Shown here piece by piece: positions 39,373 to 51,215 of a DNA stretch of 64,000 nucleotides. The position numbers and the translations under genes are program-made. The DNA lies in NCBI GenBank assembly GCA_030141605.1, contig JAQGDQ010000851.1, positions 1 to 64,000 of the forward strand, written 5' to 3'. Every line of letters begins with the position of its first letter. Position 1 is the stretch's first letter. Under the pieces are notes generated by a model. The model saw only the letters and a list, made by a program, of their open reading frames with translations, was not told the DNA's origin and searched no databases. This DNA comes from Tubiluchus corallicola (Eukaryota; Animalia; Priapulida).

Positions 39373-39995
39373 TTAAAGGAAGAAAGGATGATTTTTCATA
39401 CACTAACCCCATTTTCAAATCCGAAAAAGTATACATTTTAACATGATTAATACTGCAAAAGAGTTTCTGATAATTAAACAATAGATAAAAAATTTAATTA
39501 ACGGCTGGCGAGCCCAACTGTTGATGACACCACAAACTAACATAACTTTTAACGGGAAAAAATATTCCACGAGCGTGTTGCACGTGCTTGAGGTAGCGAA
39601 AATTGAATCACAGTGCTACTGTAAAATATTCAGTGTGTTGTAATAAAACTAGGCAAGCTTTAAGATAAAAATTCAAATTTTAAATTTACCGCTGTGCTCA
39701 CGCATGAGATGTCGAGCGTGTGCAGTTCGTCAGAAACTAGCACATCTGAACTGAGAGGTACAGCACCTGTTTTTGTGCAATGCGTTTCCGAAATACAGTC
39801 GCTAGTGGCCGTCTAACTAGCGAAAGGGGAAATACATGTAACGGCGAAGAACTATTGGCGCGAACGCGAAATTGTGTTTGTGTGGTAATTCTTTCACGTA
39901 AGTCGTTTTTGAAAAAATAGTATGTTTCCTTTCAATATTTTAAAGACTAGATTGTTTTGACCTACAGCTTATGATTGGGTCTGGTTTTGGTTTAA
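39373..39995 (+). mobile_element. Kolobok-like MITE family A, reference full-length copy (~620 bp)
   Basis: TTAA-AGGAAGAAAGGATGATT ... GGTCTGGTTTTGGT-TTAA; about 10 related copies in the window. Confidence 0.88.
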
Positions 39996-40365
39996 TCTAG
40001 GTAAAATTACTTTGGTGAAGTTTTTGCAAAAAATAGCATGTTTCCTTTCAATATTTTAAAGAGTAGATTGTTTTGACCTACAGCTTATGATTGGGCCTGG
40101 TTTTGGTTTAATCTAGGTAAAATTACTTTGGTGAAGTTTTTGCAAAAAATAGTGTTTCCTTTCAATATTTTAAAGAGTAGATTGTTTTGACCTACAGCTT
40201 ATGATTGGGCCTGGTTTTGGTTTAATCTAGGTAAAATTGCTTTGGTGAAGTTTTTGCAAAAAATAGTGTGTTTCCTTTCAATATTTTAAAGAGTAGATTG
40301 TTTTGACCTACAGCTTATGATTGGGCCTGATTTTGGTTTAAATCTAGGTAAAATTACTTTGAAGT
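39905..40365. repeat. ~116-bp tandem (4 units) made of the family A right end plus flank
   Basis: TTCAATATTTTAAAG at 39931, 40047, 40161 and 40277, each followed by TTTAA(A)TCTAGGTAAAATT. Confidence 0.92.
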
Positions 40366-40541
40366 TTTTGAATTTTGAGAAACGGCTTGTGTACGATAGG
40401 CGTATGTAAGCAGCTAGCCTCTTTACGTCTCTCCCCACATTCATGTCTTTATTGTTGTGTAATTTATTTTTCAATGTAATAAATGAAATAAAATAAATTT
40501 CGAAAATTAATGGTTTCAGTATAATTCAGTTCATTCTATCT

Positions 40542-41200
40542 TTAAAGGAAAGGTCAACCCTTCTGGGAAGCTAGGCTTATATCCATGTTCGAAGAAAGAA
40601 TGCTAACATTCATTTTAAAGTAAAGGTTAAGCCTTTTTTAGGTTAGGCTTACTTCAGTGTTCACAAAAAATGTTAGAAGGATTTAGTAACAAAAGCGCAA
40701 TAAGCGCCTCGTGTAATTAGTAAAATCACTTTAAAGTCGAGATCATCTTACGCTTGTGCGCTCCAATTTTCAACGTCAATTTTCCACCAGTGACGTCATT
40801 CGTCGGTTCATAGAAAGGTAGCCCACTGTCAACTTCCACCAAAAGTGAGCATGGAAGGTATAAAAAGTTTTTAGATATAAAATAGTTTTTTTTAAAAATT
40901 ATATCGTATTTTTGCATAAAAATTAATTAAGCTGCAGAAGCTCGACTTAGTTAAACTAGCGTGCACTTACGAAGGGTCATAAACTCCACCAGTTACGTCA
41001 TAATTTGCAAGTGAATGGCGGGCACCACCGGGTCTGAAAATTCTATACAGCACTTACTGTAGTATGAATTAACTTTATGTTTTATAGACAGTTTTGTTGC
41101 AAATATGTTTGTTTTCTTCTACGTTTTCTATATTTTTCTGAGTTTAAGTGATAATAGTAAAATGCACCCAACATGCTAAGTAGGCTATCCTTTGCTTTAA
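40542..41200 (+). mobile_element. Kolobok-like MITE family C, full length (~660 bp)
   Basis: TTAA-AGGAAAGGTCAACC ... GGCTATCCTTTGCT-TTAA. Confidence 0.82.
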
Positions 41201-41203
41201 GTG

Positions 41204-41277
<74 letters not shown>

Positions 41278-41337
41278 TATTACTATTACTATTATTATTA
41301 TTACTATTACTATTATTATTATTATTATTATTATTAC

Positions 41338-41368
<31 letters not shown>

Positions 41369-41470
41369 TACTTTTTAAAAACTATGTACAAAATACCTTC
41401 CCCCTATTTGTAGGGTATGTTTACATATCTAAAAACATTTACAAAGTATTAAACATATTCACATGTATAT
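41204..41470 (-). mobile_element. LINE 3' end with long (TAA)n tail (hairpin-tail family)
   Basis: (TTA)n at 41204-41370, then CCCCTATTTGTAGGG (reverse of CCCTACAAATAGGGG). Confidence 0.72.
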
Positions 41471-41789
41471 AATTTAGTATCCAACGCATGAGACAATGAA
41501 CGACAACGATGTACATACATAATAAAAGATAACGAACATATTTTAATACTTGGTAACAAAATCTTTGTGGATAATAATAAACATAATTACCAATGCATTT
41601 ACACATGATCATAAATAAAAACAAAAGAGCATATAGAAAACACGACGAGAGTTGTAAAATTTCATTGGATGACTTTTGAACAGATTTCGGTTGAAACTAC
41701 TCTCAACAGCTGCCGTCCTCTTTATGCAACTGAAAAAATATGTATCTTTATGATGCTGAGGAAATTCACAAGAAATTAGTATGAAGCGT

Positions 41790-42611
41790 ATTAGGATTAG
41801 GATTAGGGTTAGGGTTGGAGTTAGGATTAGGGTTAGGGTTAGGGTTGGAGTTAGGATTAGGGTTAGTGTTAGGGTTAGGGTTGGAGTTAGGATTAGGGTT
41901 AGTGTTAGGGTTAGGGTTGGAGTTAGGATTAGGGTTAGTGTTAGGGTTAGGGTTGGAGTTAGGATTAGGGTTAGTGTTAGGGTTAGGGTTGGAGTTAGGA
42001 TTAGGGTTAGTGTTAGGGTTAGGGTTGGAGTTAGGATTAGGGTTAGTGTTAGGGTTAGGGTTGGAGTTAGGATTAGGGTTAGGGTTGGAGTTAAGATTAG
42101 GGGTTGGAGTTAGGATTAGGGTTAGGGTTAGGATTGGAGTTAGGATTAGTGTTAGGGTTGGAGTTAGGATTAGGGGGTTGGAGTTAGGATTAGGGTTAGG
42201 GTTGGAGTTAGGATTAGGGTTAGGGTTGGAGTTAGGATTAGGGTTAGTGTTAGGGTTAGGGTTGGAGTTAGGATTAGGGTTAAGGTTGGAGTTAAGATTA
42301 GGGGTTGGAGTTAGGATTAGGGTTAGGGTTAGGATTGGAGTTAGGATTAGTGTTAGGGTTGGAGTTAGGATTAGTGTTAGGGTTGGAGTTAGGATTAGGG
42401 TTAGGGTTGGAGTTAAGATTAGGGGTTGGAGTTAGGATTAGGGTTAAGATTAGGGATTGGAGTTAGGATTAGTGTTAGGGTTGGAGTTAGGATTAGGGGT
42501 TGGAGTTAGGATTAGGGTTAGGGTTGGAGTTAGGATTAGGGTTAGGGTTGGAGTTAGGATTAAGGTTAGGGTTAGGATTATTATTAGGATTAGGATTAGG
42601 GTTACGGTTAG
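41790..42611 (+). repeat. Interstitial telomere-like (TTAGGG)-variant array with 36-bp higher order
   Basis: TTGGAG TTAGGA TTAGGG TTAGTG TTAGGG TTAGGG repeated ~41850-42060, looser elsewhere. Confidence 0.93.
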
Positions 42612-42934
42612 AGACTATTTATATACGGGCGAAAGACTATAAGAATTCATGATAAGAGCAAAATGAAAGCTGCAGAAATAATTCTTGCTGGCTGCCTAAC
42701 CACCTCCTGCTAGCAAATGGTTTCGCCCGTCGTTGCTAAATATAGACTTGGCAGCTTTCGACAATTAGCTAAGCGCACACTCGGCAAAAATGTAAAAACA
42801 AAAACAAAAAAAAACGGAGGGAAGACAAAACGGTTTTCAATTCACTCATCACAGGTTTTTATTAAAATGTGGAACTTTTCAAGATGAGGAGGCTGCAATG
42901 GCTGGAAAACCGAAATCACGCTGTTATAAGATTC

Positions 42935-43141
42935 TTAAAAGAAAACCGGACGATTGTTTAGACTCGATCTCATTTTAATTTACTGTCCGAAAATATACAT
43001 TTTCTTGCCTATAAATGTTAGCAAATGTTCCTTGTATTTGAATAATTAGCTTAGAAAGTTAATTAACGGCAACCGAACACAGTATTTTAAAGAGTAGATT
43101 GTTTTGACCTACAGTTTAGATTGGGTCCATTTTTGCTTTAA
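42935..43141. mobile_element. 207-bp chimeric MITE: family D arm fused to family A right arm
   Basis: 42935-43080 is the reverse complement of 37081-37226; 43081-43141 is the family A end; TTAA at both ends. Confidence 0.8.
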
Positions 43142-43161
43142 ACAATAAACATGCATCTTCA

Positions 43162-43700
43162 CTATATATATATATACACATATATAGACATACATATATA
43201 TACACATATATATAGATATATATACACATATATATAGATATATATACACATATATATACATATATACATACACATATATACACATATATATACACATATA
43301 TATACACATATATATACATATATGTAATATAATATGATATGGTATAATATGATATGGTGTGGTATGATATGATATGATATGATATAATGTAGTGTAATGT
43401 AATGTAATGTAACGTAATGTAATGTAATACAATACAATACAATACAATACAATACAATGCAATGCAATATAATACAGTACAATACAATACAATACAATAC
43501 AATACAACAAACAATACAATACAATACAATACAATACAATACAATACAATACAATACAATACAATACAATACAATACAATACAATACAATACAATACAAT
43601 ACAATACAATACAATACAATACAATACAATACAATACAATACAATACAATACAATACAATACAATACAATACAATACAATACAATACAATATAATATATA
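43162..43700. repeat. Compound microsatellite (TA/CA)n, (ATATG)n, (ATGTA)n, (CAATA)n
   Basis: Direct reading. Confidence 0.95.
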
Positions 43701-44364
43701 TAAAGTGAACACTTCCGGTAACCATTATTTAAAACGTCTCGATTCAGTTACAAACATCTGTAAACAAGCAAATATTTTACAATTATTTACACAACTTAAA
43801 TTTTCATCTCAAGTTGCATTTTTCAGCCTCTCTCTAGCGAAATTAGCGCCTAATTTGCATGAGATTAAGAGATTAAGCTACGGATTTGCGCTGTGGTAGC
43901 AAAAATACGTTTAACAACCCGAATACCTGGCTACTAAAGCCCCGGAGGGCTTAGAAAACCCTGCCGTGACAACTCATTCTAATCACGCTTTAATGCGCGC
44001 CGGTAATTGTGAGATTCTTTAGCCGCAGTAGTGAGATTCTTTGCTGTCGTCATGAGCCGACGCTGGTTATTAATGGCTGTTATTAATGATTGTTATTGTT
44101 ATTCTTGGCATATTGTAGCACTGCAGTCTTGAACATGGTTTTCTACTCTCTGGGTTTTTTCACAGTCATTAAACTATGCGTTGGGTGTTAATGAACGGGC
44201 GATAAATAATGCCTTTGATGCGTTTAACCCTTGCTGATGATGTGTACTGCGCATGCGCGCGCCCTACCTGTGTAAATAATTGCGTATTTCTGGTTTTTAA
44301 TAATAGCTCTATGAACAGAAAACGCTAGAAACAACAATAAGTGTCATAAGTTTATTGCTGAATT

Positions 44365-44580
44365 TTGTTTGTTTGTTTGCGGGCTTGTTTGTTTGTTCAT
44401 TCGTTGGTTTGCTCATTCATCTGTTGGTTCGCTTACCTGTTTGATCACTTGTTTTATCAATGTGCGTTCGCTTGTTTGACTGGTCGGTTAGTGGTATTTT
44501 GTTGTTTGGTCATTTCTTTTGTATTTATTTACATATTTGTGCACCTGCTTGTTTGTTTGCTTGCTTGTTTGTTTGTTTAA
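44365..44580. repeat. Degenerate (TTTG/CTTG)n tract
   Basis: Direct reading. Confidence 0.75.
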
Positions 44581-45152
44581 ACATTCACGTGATGTGATAT
44601 CTAAAGCAAAGCCGTCTGCCGCATCAGTTCAGTGATGTCAGTTGTTTTACACGGACTGTACTTAATTATGCATTAGTCTGTGCATAGAGTGATTTACTAG
44701 CAGAATCTTGTTTGGGAACAAGAAAAAATGAAGTAGGTAAGGTTCTAGCTAGCTGTTAAAACTGTTACTATTACAATAGCATGGGCTGCGAGGCGTTGTC
44801 AAGTGCACGCAAATGCGTTGTCTGATACATCTAACCTTTGACCTTTTCACGATCAACATCACGCTGTAACTGTTAGAAGCCTAATTGGTCAAGGTTCGTG
44901 TATTTACAACGCGTTTTCTGGTCACGTGACAAGATCTGCACGTTTTCTCTTGAGTATCACGTGACTAGAGGCTTGTGCTAATTCTCCCCGGGACTGATAT
45001 CACATTTTGCCGGTTATTAAACGATGAAAGATGCGAACGTGAATCGCATTTGATTTGGGCGCCCTGCGATGGTATGAATCATGACAGGTTATATTGATTG
45101 GCAGTCATCGATCTCGGACGTTTGGAAACTTGAGAGAACGATGTTAGATGAA

Positions 45153-45381
45153 GATGCACCTAGGGTTGCCACCAAGATGCACCTAGGGTTGCCACCAAGA
45201 TGTACCTAGGGTTGCCACCAAGATGTACCTAGGGTTGCCACCAAGATGCACCTAGGGTTGCCGCCAAGATGCACCTAGGGTTGCCACCAATATGCACCTA
45301 GGGTTGCCACCAAGCTGCACCTAGGGTTGCCACCAAGATGCACCTAGGGTTGCCACCAAGATGCACCTAGGGTTGCCACCA
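45153..45381. repeat. 23-bp tandem (10 units) containing a hAT-type terminus TAGGGTTGCCA
   Basis: GATGCACCTAGGGTTGCCACCAA at 45153, 45176 and onward. Confidence 0.92.
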
Positions 45382-45567
45382 CGCCTTATTTAGCCCGAAG
45401 TCATTCAGCCATAGATTAGTACTTCGGGTCGGATTTTTGGAAAATTCTGAAATCTCCTGATTTCGGCCATTACATTGAAATTTAAGCGGAAATACAAGTT
45501 GAATGCTATTGAAACTTTGCAAAAGATTAAGAGAAGAATAGCTCTGTTAATTAAGGCAACAGTAAGC

Positions 45568-45965
45568 TTAGTAAAGGAAAACAGGATGATTTTTTCCCTT
45601 ACTATCCCATTTTCAAATCCGATAAAAAGCATGCATTTCAGCACGATTGATACTGCAAAAGCATTTCTGATAATTAAATAATAGATTAAAAACTTAATTA
45701 ACAGCGGGTGAGCCCAACTATTGATGACATCACAAACTAACATAATTTTCAACAGCAAAAATTCCACGAACGTGTAGCACGTGTTAGCGAAAGCGATAAT
45801 TGAAGTACAGTGGTACTGTGAGATATTCAGTGTGTTGTAGTAAAACTAGGCAAGTTCTGAGATAAAAATTCAAATTTCAAATTTACCGCTGTGCTCACGT
45901 ATGAGCTGTCGAACGTGCGTAGTGCGTCACAAACTAACACATCTGAACTGAGAGGTACAGCACCT
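45568..45965 (+). mobile_element. Kolobok-like MITE family A, left two-thirds
   Basis: AAAGGAAAACAGGATGATTTT ... CTGAGAGGTACAGCACCTG. Confidence 0.82.
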
Positions 45966-46614
45966 GACTGCTTTAAAATACCCGTTATCAAAAAATTGGT
46001 CCTCGTATGTCGTGAACTGATTCACGAGTTTGTTCATGAACTTGATAAACTTTAGCAACATTACAACTTTACAGCAAGTTAGACTACAGTGAATCATTTT
46101 CTCACCTGACTGGTTTCTGATATGCATTACCCAAGGTTAACCAGTTTCAACGGATTTGAGCTGTTACAGGTTTTAATCTAGTAGTCACAACGTAGTGTAC
46201 GAAAAAGGCAGTCAATAATAAAGTGTTTGTGCCCCTAAAGGAGTTTGGTTTATGTTGCTACATATATTCACTGTGCCTTTTTGCAGAAGTTGTGTTTTTT
46301 GCACGCCATTTTCTCGACTTCGCAGTATAGTTGTGCGCAGTACTACTAATTCTCAAAATGCTGATGCGGCATTTAGTTTCAAAAACAACCCTCAGCGTGG
46401 ATCTATTGCATTTTCACTTTGATCAAATATTATGAATTCAGAAGGCGCTTATGAAATGTTTACGTTTTTAAACTGGTCTTAATGTGTGTTACTATACCTG
46501 GTTTCAATTTCCGCTCGCTTGGTTACTCGGAATGCAACCATTCCCTTATTATTTTAATTTGCTCAAAAGTGAACGGGCGCTTCCTGTGGTAAAGGTACTC
46601 GGAAACGGTGACGC

Positions 46615-47273
46615 TTAAAGGACAAGAAAAGGGGGTACTTGAAGTACCTTTCACAAAAATCGCCTTAAAAATTATATTAATTTACAGCATTTTTATGCGT
46701 ATATCGTACTCGGGTTAAAAGGAATTTATGTTTTGTTTTCATTTTAAATCTATCTCAGTGCTGTTCCAACATTACATGACGTCATATACGCACAACGTAA
46801 ATCGGAGGAAGAAAAGGAAATGTTAAATTATGTCTCAAAAAACTTTCCATGCAAAGTTATATTACTTAGTATTTCGGTTACCTGCTTAAAAGACTTAGGT
46901 AACTAGAAAAGAAAATTATTAATTATTTAGAATGTTGATCGATTCACCTCCAGGGTGCGCCACTCACTAACCAAAAAACGTATTTTTAATCTTATTGACA
47001 ATTATTGACATAATTTAAAATTTTGCTTAGTGACGTGTGTGCGATGCGCTGGTTATCTTTCAAACTTTACTCGGTGTGTCAAAATTGTTCCAAATGACTT
47101 AACATCAAAATGGCTGCTTCTAACGGCCATCGCGGGCGCTTAAATTTTCAGGTTTTATACAGCGTTACTGCCGACGCAAACCACGTATGCAGAGAGGCAG
47201 TACGTAATTGGTATCAGATTTCAAGACGAATTTTTTCAGTTTTATGTCAGTGCAGGGTTTTCTTGTGCTTTAA
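46615..47273 (+). mobile_element. Kolobok-like MITE family B, reference full-length copy (~660 bp)
   Basis: TTAA-AGGACAAGAAAA ... TTTTCTTGTGCT-TTAA imperfect TIR. Confidence 0.88.
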
Positions 47274-47506
47274 AGAAGCCAAGATTCGGGTGTACTTTTG
47301 TGTACGTGACAGTTGTCATGCCTTTCCTCCCATATCATTGCAAATCACCATAACTTGGTTTCTACCTGCTGGTAGCTGTCTTGTTCCACTGACATTTTCT
47401 TAGCGGATATATATTATTACTCTTACTGTGAGCCAGCGAGTGCTGAAAGATAATTATAAGTGTATTAAAATTATATTGATTGGATGAGAATATAGGTCAG
47501 TGTAAT

Positions 47507-47662
47507 GACGGAAGAGATTATTAGACTAGACTAGCTCTCTGTGACGTCTGTGACGTCAGTCTGGAACACAAGAACTACCGAACAGACGGAAGAGATTATT
47601 AGACTAGACTAGCTCTCTGTGACGTCTGTGACGTCAGTCTGGAATACAAGAACTACCGAACA
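47507..47662. repeat. 78-bp near-perfect tandem duplication
   Basis: GACGGAAGAGATTATTAGACTAG...ACTACCGAACA at 47507 and 47585. Confidence 0.92.
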
Positions 47663-48267
47663 GCATTGCAACCCCTTCTAATATAGTTGAACTGTATTCT
47701 AGTATGATTTTGTGTATATCCTATACTTAGGCTGCATTAATAGCTTAATTTAGTTAATTGCTTATGTTAATTGAGCGTGTCATTAGTTAATTACTCATTA
47801 AGCGAATTTATCTACTACAATACAGCAAGTTGTGGCTGTAAATATTTGAGCATGCAGCTAGTTAGCTCTGGGAAGGGACCCACCTCATACCTGTCCTAGA
47901 TCTCATTTACAAGAAAGTAAGTGATTGGTCATACGCTCAACTGAACAGGCTATCTAGCCAATAAATCGTCGTGTTAAAGGACAAGGTCATCCAGTTTTAC
48001 CTGTTCTAGAAATTGAAACCAGTTTCAACACAGTGTGTCGAACGTGCTAAGCCAGTGAAGTCGTCGAATATGGCCTCCGACGAACATTTATTAACAATCG
48101 AAGTCAATACTTAATTACTGTGGCGACAGAAAGTGATTAAAGCGCACTAGGCTTTAAGATAAAAATTACAAGCTAGTATTTCGTATGTACTACGGTGTTT
48201 TGTCTATGTAATTTGTTTTGTTAATTATTAGTTTACGCAATTACTAAGTAATTATATATAAACTTTA

Positions 48268-48960
48268 TCAGTGTGTTGTATTAAACTATGCAAGTTTTAA
48301 GATAAAAATTCAAATTTCAAATTTAATGCTGCACCCACGCATTAGCTGTTGAATGTGTGCAGTTCGTCACAAACTTACACATCTGAGCTGATAGGTACAG
48401 TACCTGTTTTTTGTGCAAGCCGTTTCCGAAATGCAGGCCCTAGTGCCCGTCTAACTAACGAATGGCGACGTGCATGTAACAGCGAAGAATTAGTGGCGCG
48501 AACGTGAAATTGTGTTTGTGTGATAATAATTCTTTCACGTAAGTCATTTTTGAAAAACAGTGTGTTTCCTTTCAATATTTTAAAGTGTGTAGATTGTTTT
48601 GACCTGCAGTTTCAGATTGCGTCTGGTTTTGCTTTAAGTTCAGCAAGTCTAGGATAATGGATGAGTTATTTGTATTATAAAACAAACTTGCTAAATGAAC
48701 ATACAGACACCAGTAAGCTGAGACCCAAGGAAACACAGACAACCTGCCCTTTTTTTAGTAACTACATAGTTAGTCTAATATAACATCTCCTTGACTGTAT
48801 AAGTTAAGATTGTATTTCTTGCTCTCTATCTCACTGTCTGCATGAGTTCTAGTTGTATGTAATTTTCCATTTTTGAAAAAAAAATGTATGTTTCCTTTCA
48901 ATATTTTAAAGAGTAGATTGTTTTGACCTACAGTTTATGATCGAGTCCGTTTTCGCTTTT
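48268..48960 (+). mobile_element. Family A right half, ~230-bp flank duplicated from 9614-9837, then a second family A right end
   Basis: 48268-48868 is colinear with 9243-9837, including non-MITE flank. Confidence 0.85.
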
Positions 48961-48980
48961 CAGTATCTTACCTGTGTTAC

Positions 48981-49210
48981 CTGAGCTTGGCTGACACCTG
49001 ACTGACCTTTGGTTTTTCTTGCCGTGTTTTCAGTTCTTTTATCTTTGTCTCAAAATATGCTGACAGAGCGTTTTTGCGGTCCTCCGTGAGAAAGAGTTCA
49101 AGTTCGGTTGTTTCGGCTTGAACTTTTCTTGCTGCACAGTCAGTTGTTTTTGCCACTAATGAGTTGTTTATTTTAGTAATTTTCCTGTTTAGAAGTTCAA
49201 GGAAGTCCAC
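48981..49210 (-). CDS. Candidate internal coding exon (230 nt, phase 0-2), helical/coiled-coil-like peptide
   Basis: GTCTGGTCCAG/GTG acceptor, CAG/GTAACA donor (second CAG/GTAAGA 9 nt further); open frame VDFLELLNRKITKINNSLVAK...AYFETKIKELKTRQEKPKVSQVSAKL. Confidence 0.4.
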
Positions 49211-49815
49211 CTGGACCAGACGTATCTAATAGCGAAAATTTAAGCTTTCCAAACGTAAAGGTTTTTTTTCTGTTAAATGCATGTGCCCTATATTAAAAAT
49301 TACATAGCACGCGCGGGCGCCTTCAGTTGGATGTGTAGGCCTAATCTCCGTCTTTATTTTGCTTTCTTATCATTTAGTTTCATTAGTTTGTCTCCGTTTT
49401 CGAACGGGGCTAATGGAAGCGTCTAGTCATCTGGCGCCAGTGTTTTTAGATAGATGGGCAGGTTCTAACACGCATGCGACTTGATTTTTTACGAGTTTTG
49501 TGATGGCGACGACACGCCTTTACTACCACTGTGTCATTTCTAATATTTAGCGATACCTGCATGTCAATTTGTGCAAAAGGTACTGTGGCCTTTTCGGTGC
49601 TTTGCTGGTCTTTCTGGTGTCGTAATACGAGAAATTAGCACCACGTGATATCGTCATGTATTGTCAGTTTCTAAATTTCGTGAGTTTCGTGGGGTTTATA
49701 GCATAAATACAGATCTTGTAAGTACTGTTGGTGTTGTTGTTCTTCGTATATGTATGTAAATCAATGTAATTTAGCCGTATTGCTGAACAGTTATTATAAC
49801 TATGATTTAAACACT

Positions 49816-49904
49816 TACATTACATTACATTACATTACATTACATTACATTACATTACATTACATTACATTACATTACATTACATTACATTATTGTATTA
49901 CATT
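49816..49904. repeat. (TACAT)n microsatellite
   Basis: Direct reading. Confidence 0.95.
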
Positions 49905-49960
49905 AGCACTTTTAGCAGTGCGGGCCTATCATCTGTATGATTCAAACGAGAAGTGTTCTT

Positions 49961-50010
49961 GAAAGTTAAACAGCGCCGGCTCAACTCTACACCTGGATAG
50001 GTGACCACAC
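49961..50010 (+). pseudogene. Degenerate 5S rRNA internal-control-region fragment (old SINE3-like remnant)
   Basis: GAAAGTTAAACAGCGCCGG...CCTGGATAGGTGACCAC resembles 5S GAAGTTAAGCA...CTTGGATGGGTGACCGC. Confidence 0.45.
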
Positions 50011-50787
50011 CGTTGAGAAGTCCTTAGTGGTCCAATATGAGTGCCTTTAGTCAACAAACTGCGCATCCTTTCTCTCATGTTAATTGTTTACTGTTTGCTT
50101 GGCCTGCTTGGGTGTTCATGTGGAGTTTAGTAACTAATACAGCTACAACAGCACAATCTGTTGTGCGAGTTGCCAAAATGCTTATTACAAATGCGAAATA
50201 ATCCAATTTGCGAATTTCGTTGACAGAGATGACGCACCGCCAGTAGAGTGCTCACTTCTTAGCAACACGAGTCGCCTTGCACGGCGACCATCGAGGACCG
50301 TATGCGCAGTACTTATTTGTCTGCGCGACTGTAAAAAAATCTCTGTATGAACGACAACAACATTAACTGTTAACCGACATACTAGCTAACAATCTTTTGA
50401 TCCTTTCTGATAAAAAACTGCTGACTAGTCATTTTTTGCATAGATGTACAAGCATAGTGCACAGTCAAGTGAACAGAACGGTCCATAAAGTTCGTTACTG
50501 TGCCTGGGTCAGTGTGTACGTAGTTAATGCAGTTCTCTCCGCTTTCCGTTGGCTATGATTGCTTCAGTTAAACTTAAAGCACAAGAAGACGCTCTTCGTT
50601 AATAAAGCTTGAAAAGTTTGTCTTGAAATTTTGCACCGCTTACATGCTGTCTCATTGCATGCAGGGCTTGCGTTTGCTGTAAATCTGTGTAAAACTTGTC
50701 AATTTAAACGGCAAAGGTTGAAGCAATAGTCACAGCATTCGCAGCGCACTCTTCGCTACATAAGCGAAACTGTAAATCTTAATAGGG

Positions 50788-51001
50788 TCAATAATGTGTT
50801 TTTGGTGAATCACTGGTGCACACTGGGATGGTGACACCGTGCCGTTTTTCCAGGTGGCGCGAATGTGTTAAATTATTAAGGATTTTCTTTTGTAATTGCA
50901 CAAGTCTTTCAAGCAGGTAAGCGTAATGCAAAGTAATATAACTTTGTATGGGCAGTATGGGATATACTTGCACTTTCAAATCCCCTTTTCTTTGCCTTTA
51001 A
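50788..51001 (-). mobile_element. Family B-related MITE fragment (sister copy at 51870-52100)
   Basis: GGTGAATCASTGGTGCACACTGGGAT and AGTAATATAACTTTGTA shared; ends TTTGCCTTTAA. Confidence 0.65.
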
Positions 51002-51215
51002 GGACTTGTAGTGTGTTAATGGTTATGTTAATTTTACGGTGACGTGTTGTATTCTCTGTGAAAGGCAGTTTTTCTTAGTCTTTGACTTACGAGAGCTGAA
51101 AACCTAAGAGAGCTCGTTTACGGAGCCGTTTAAAAATTAGAAGTCAACTTAAGCCAATGGATCAATGATGTTTTCTGTTTCCCTACACAACGTAAGATGT
51201 TTTTCTTATTAATTT

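Noticed and set aside
47427-47819. Solo LTR (TG...CA) around the 78-bp duplication
   Set aside because: No matching TSD and no second copy, PBS or PPT visible.
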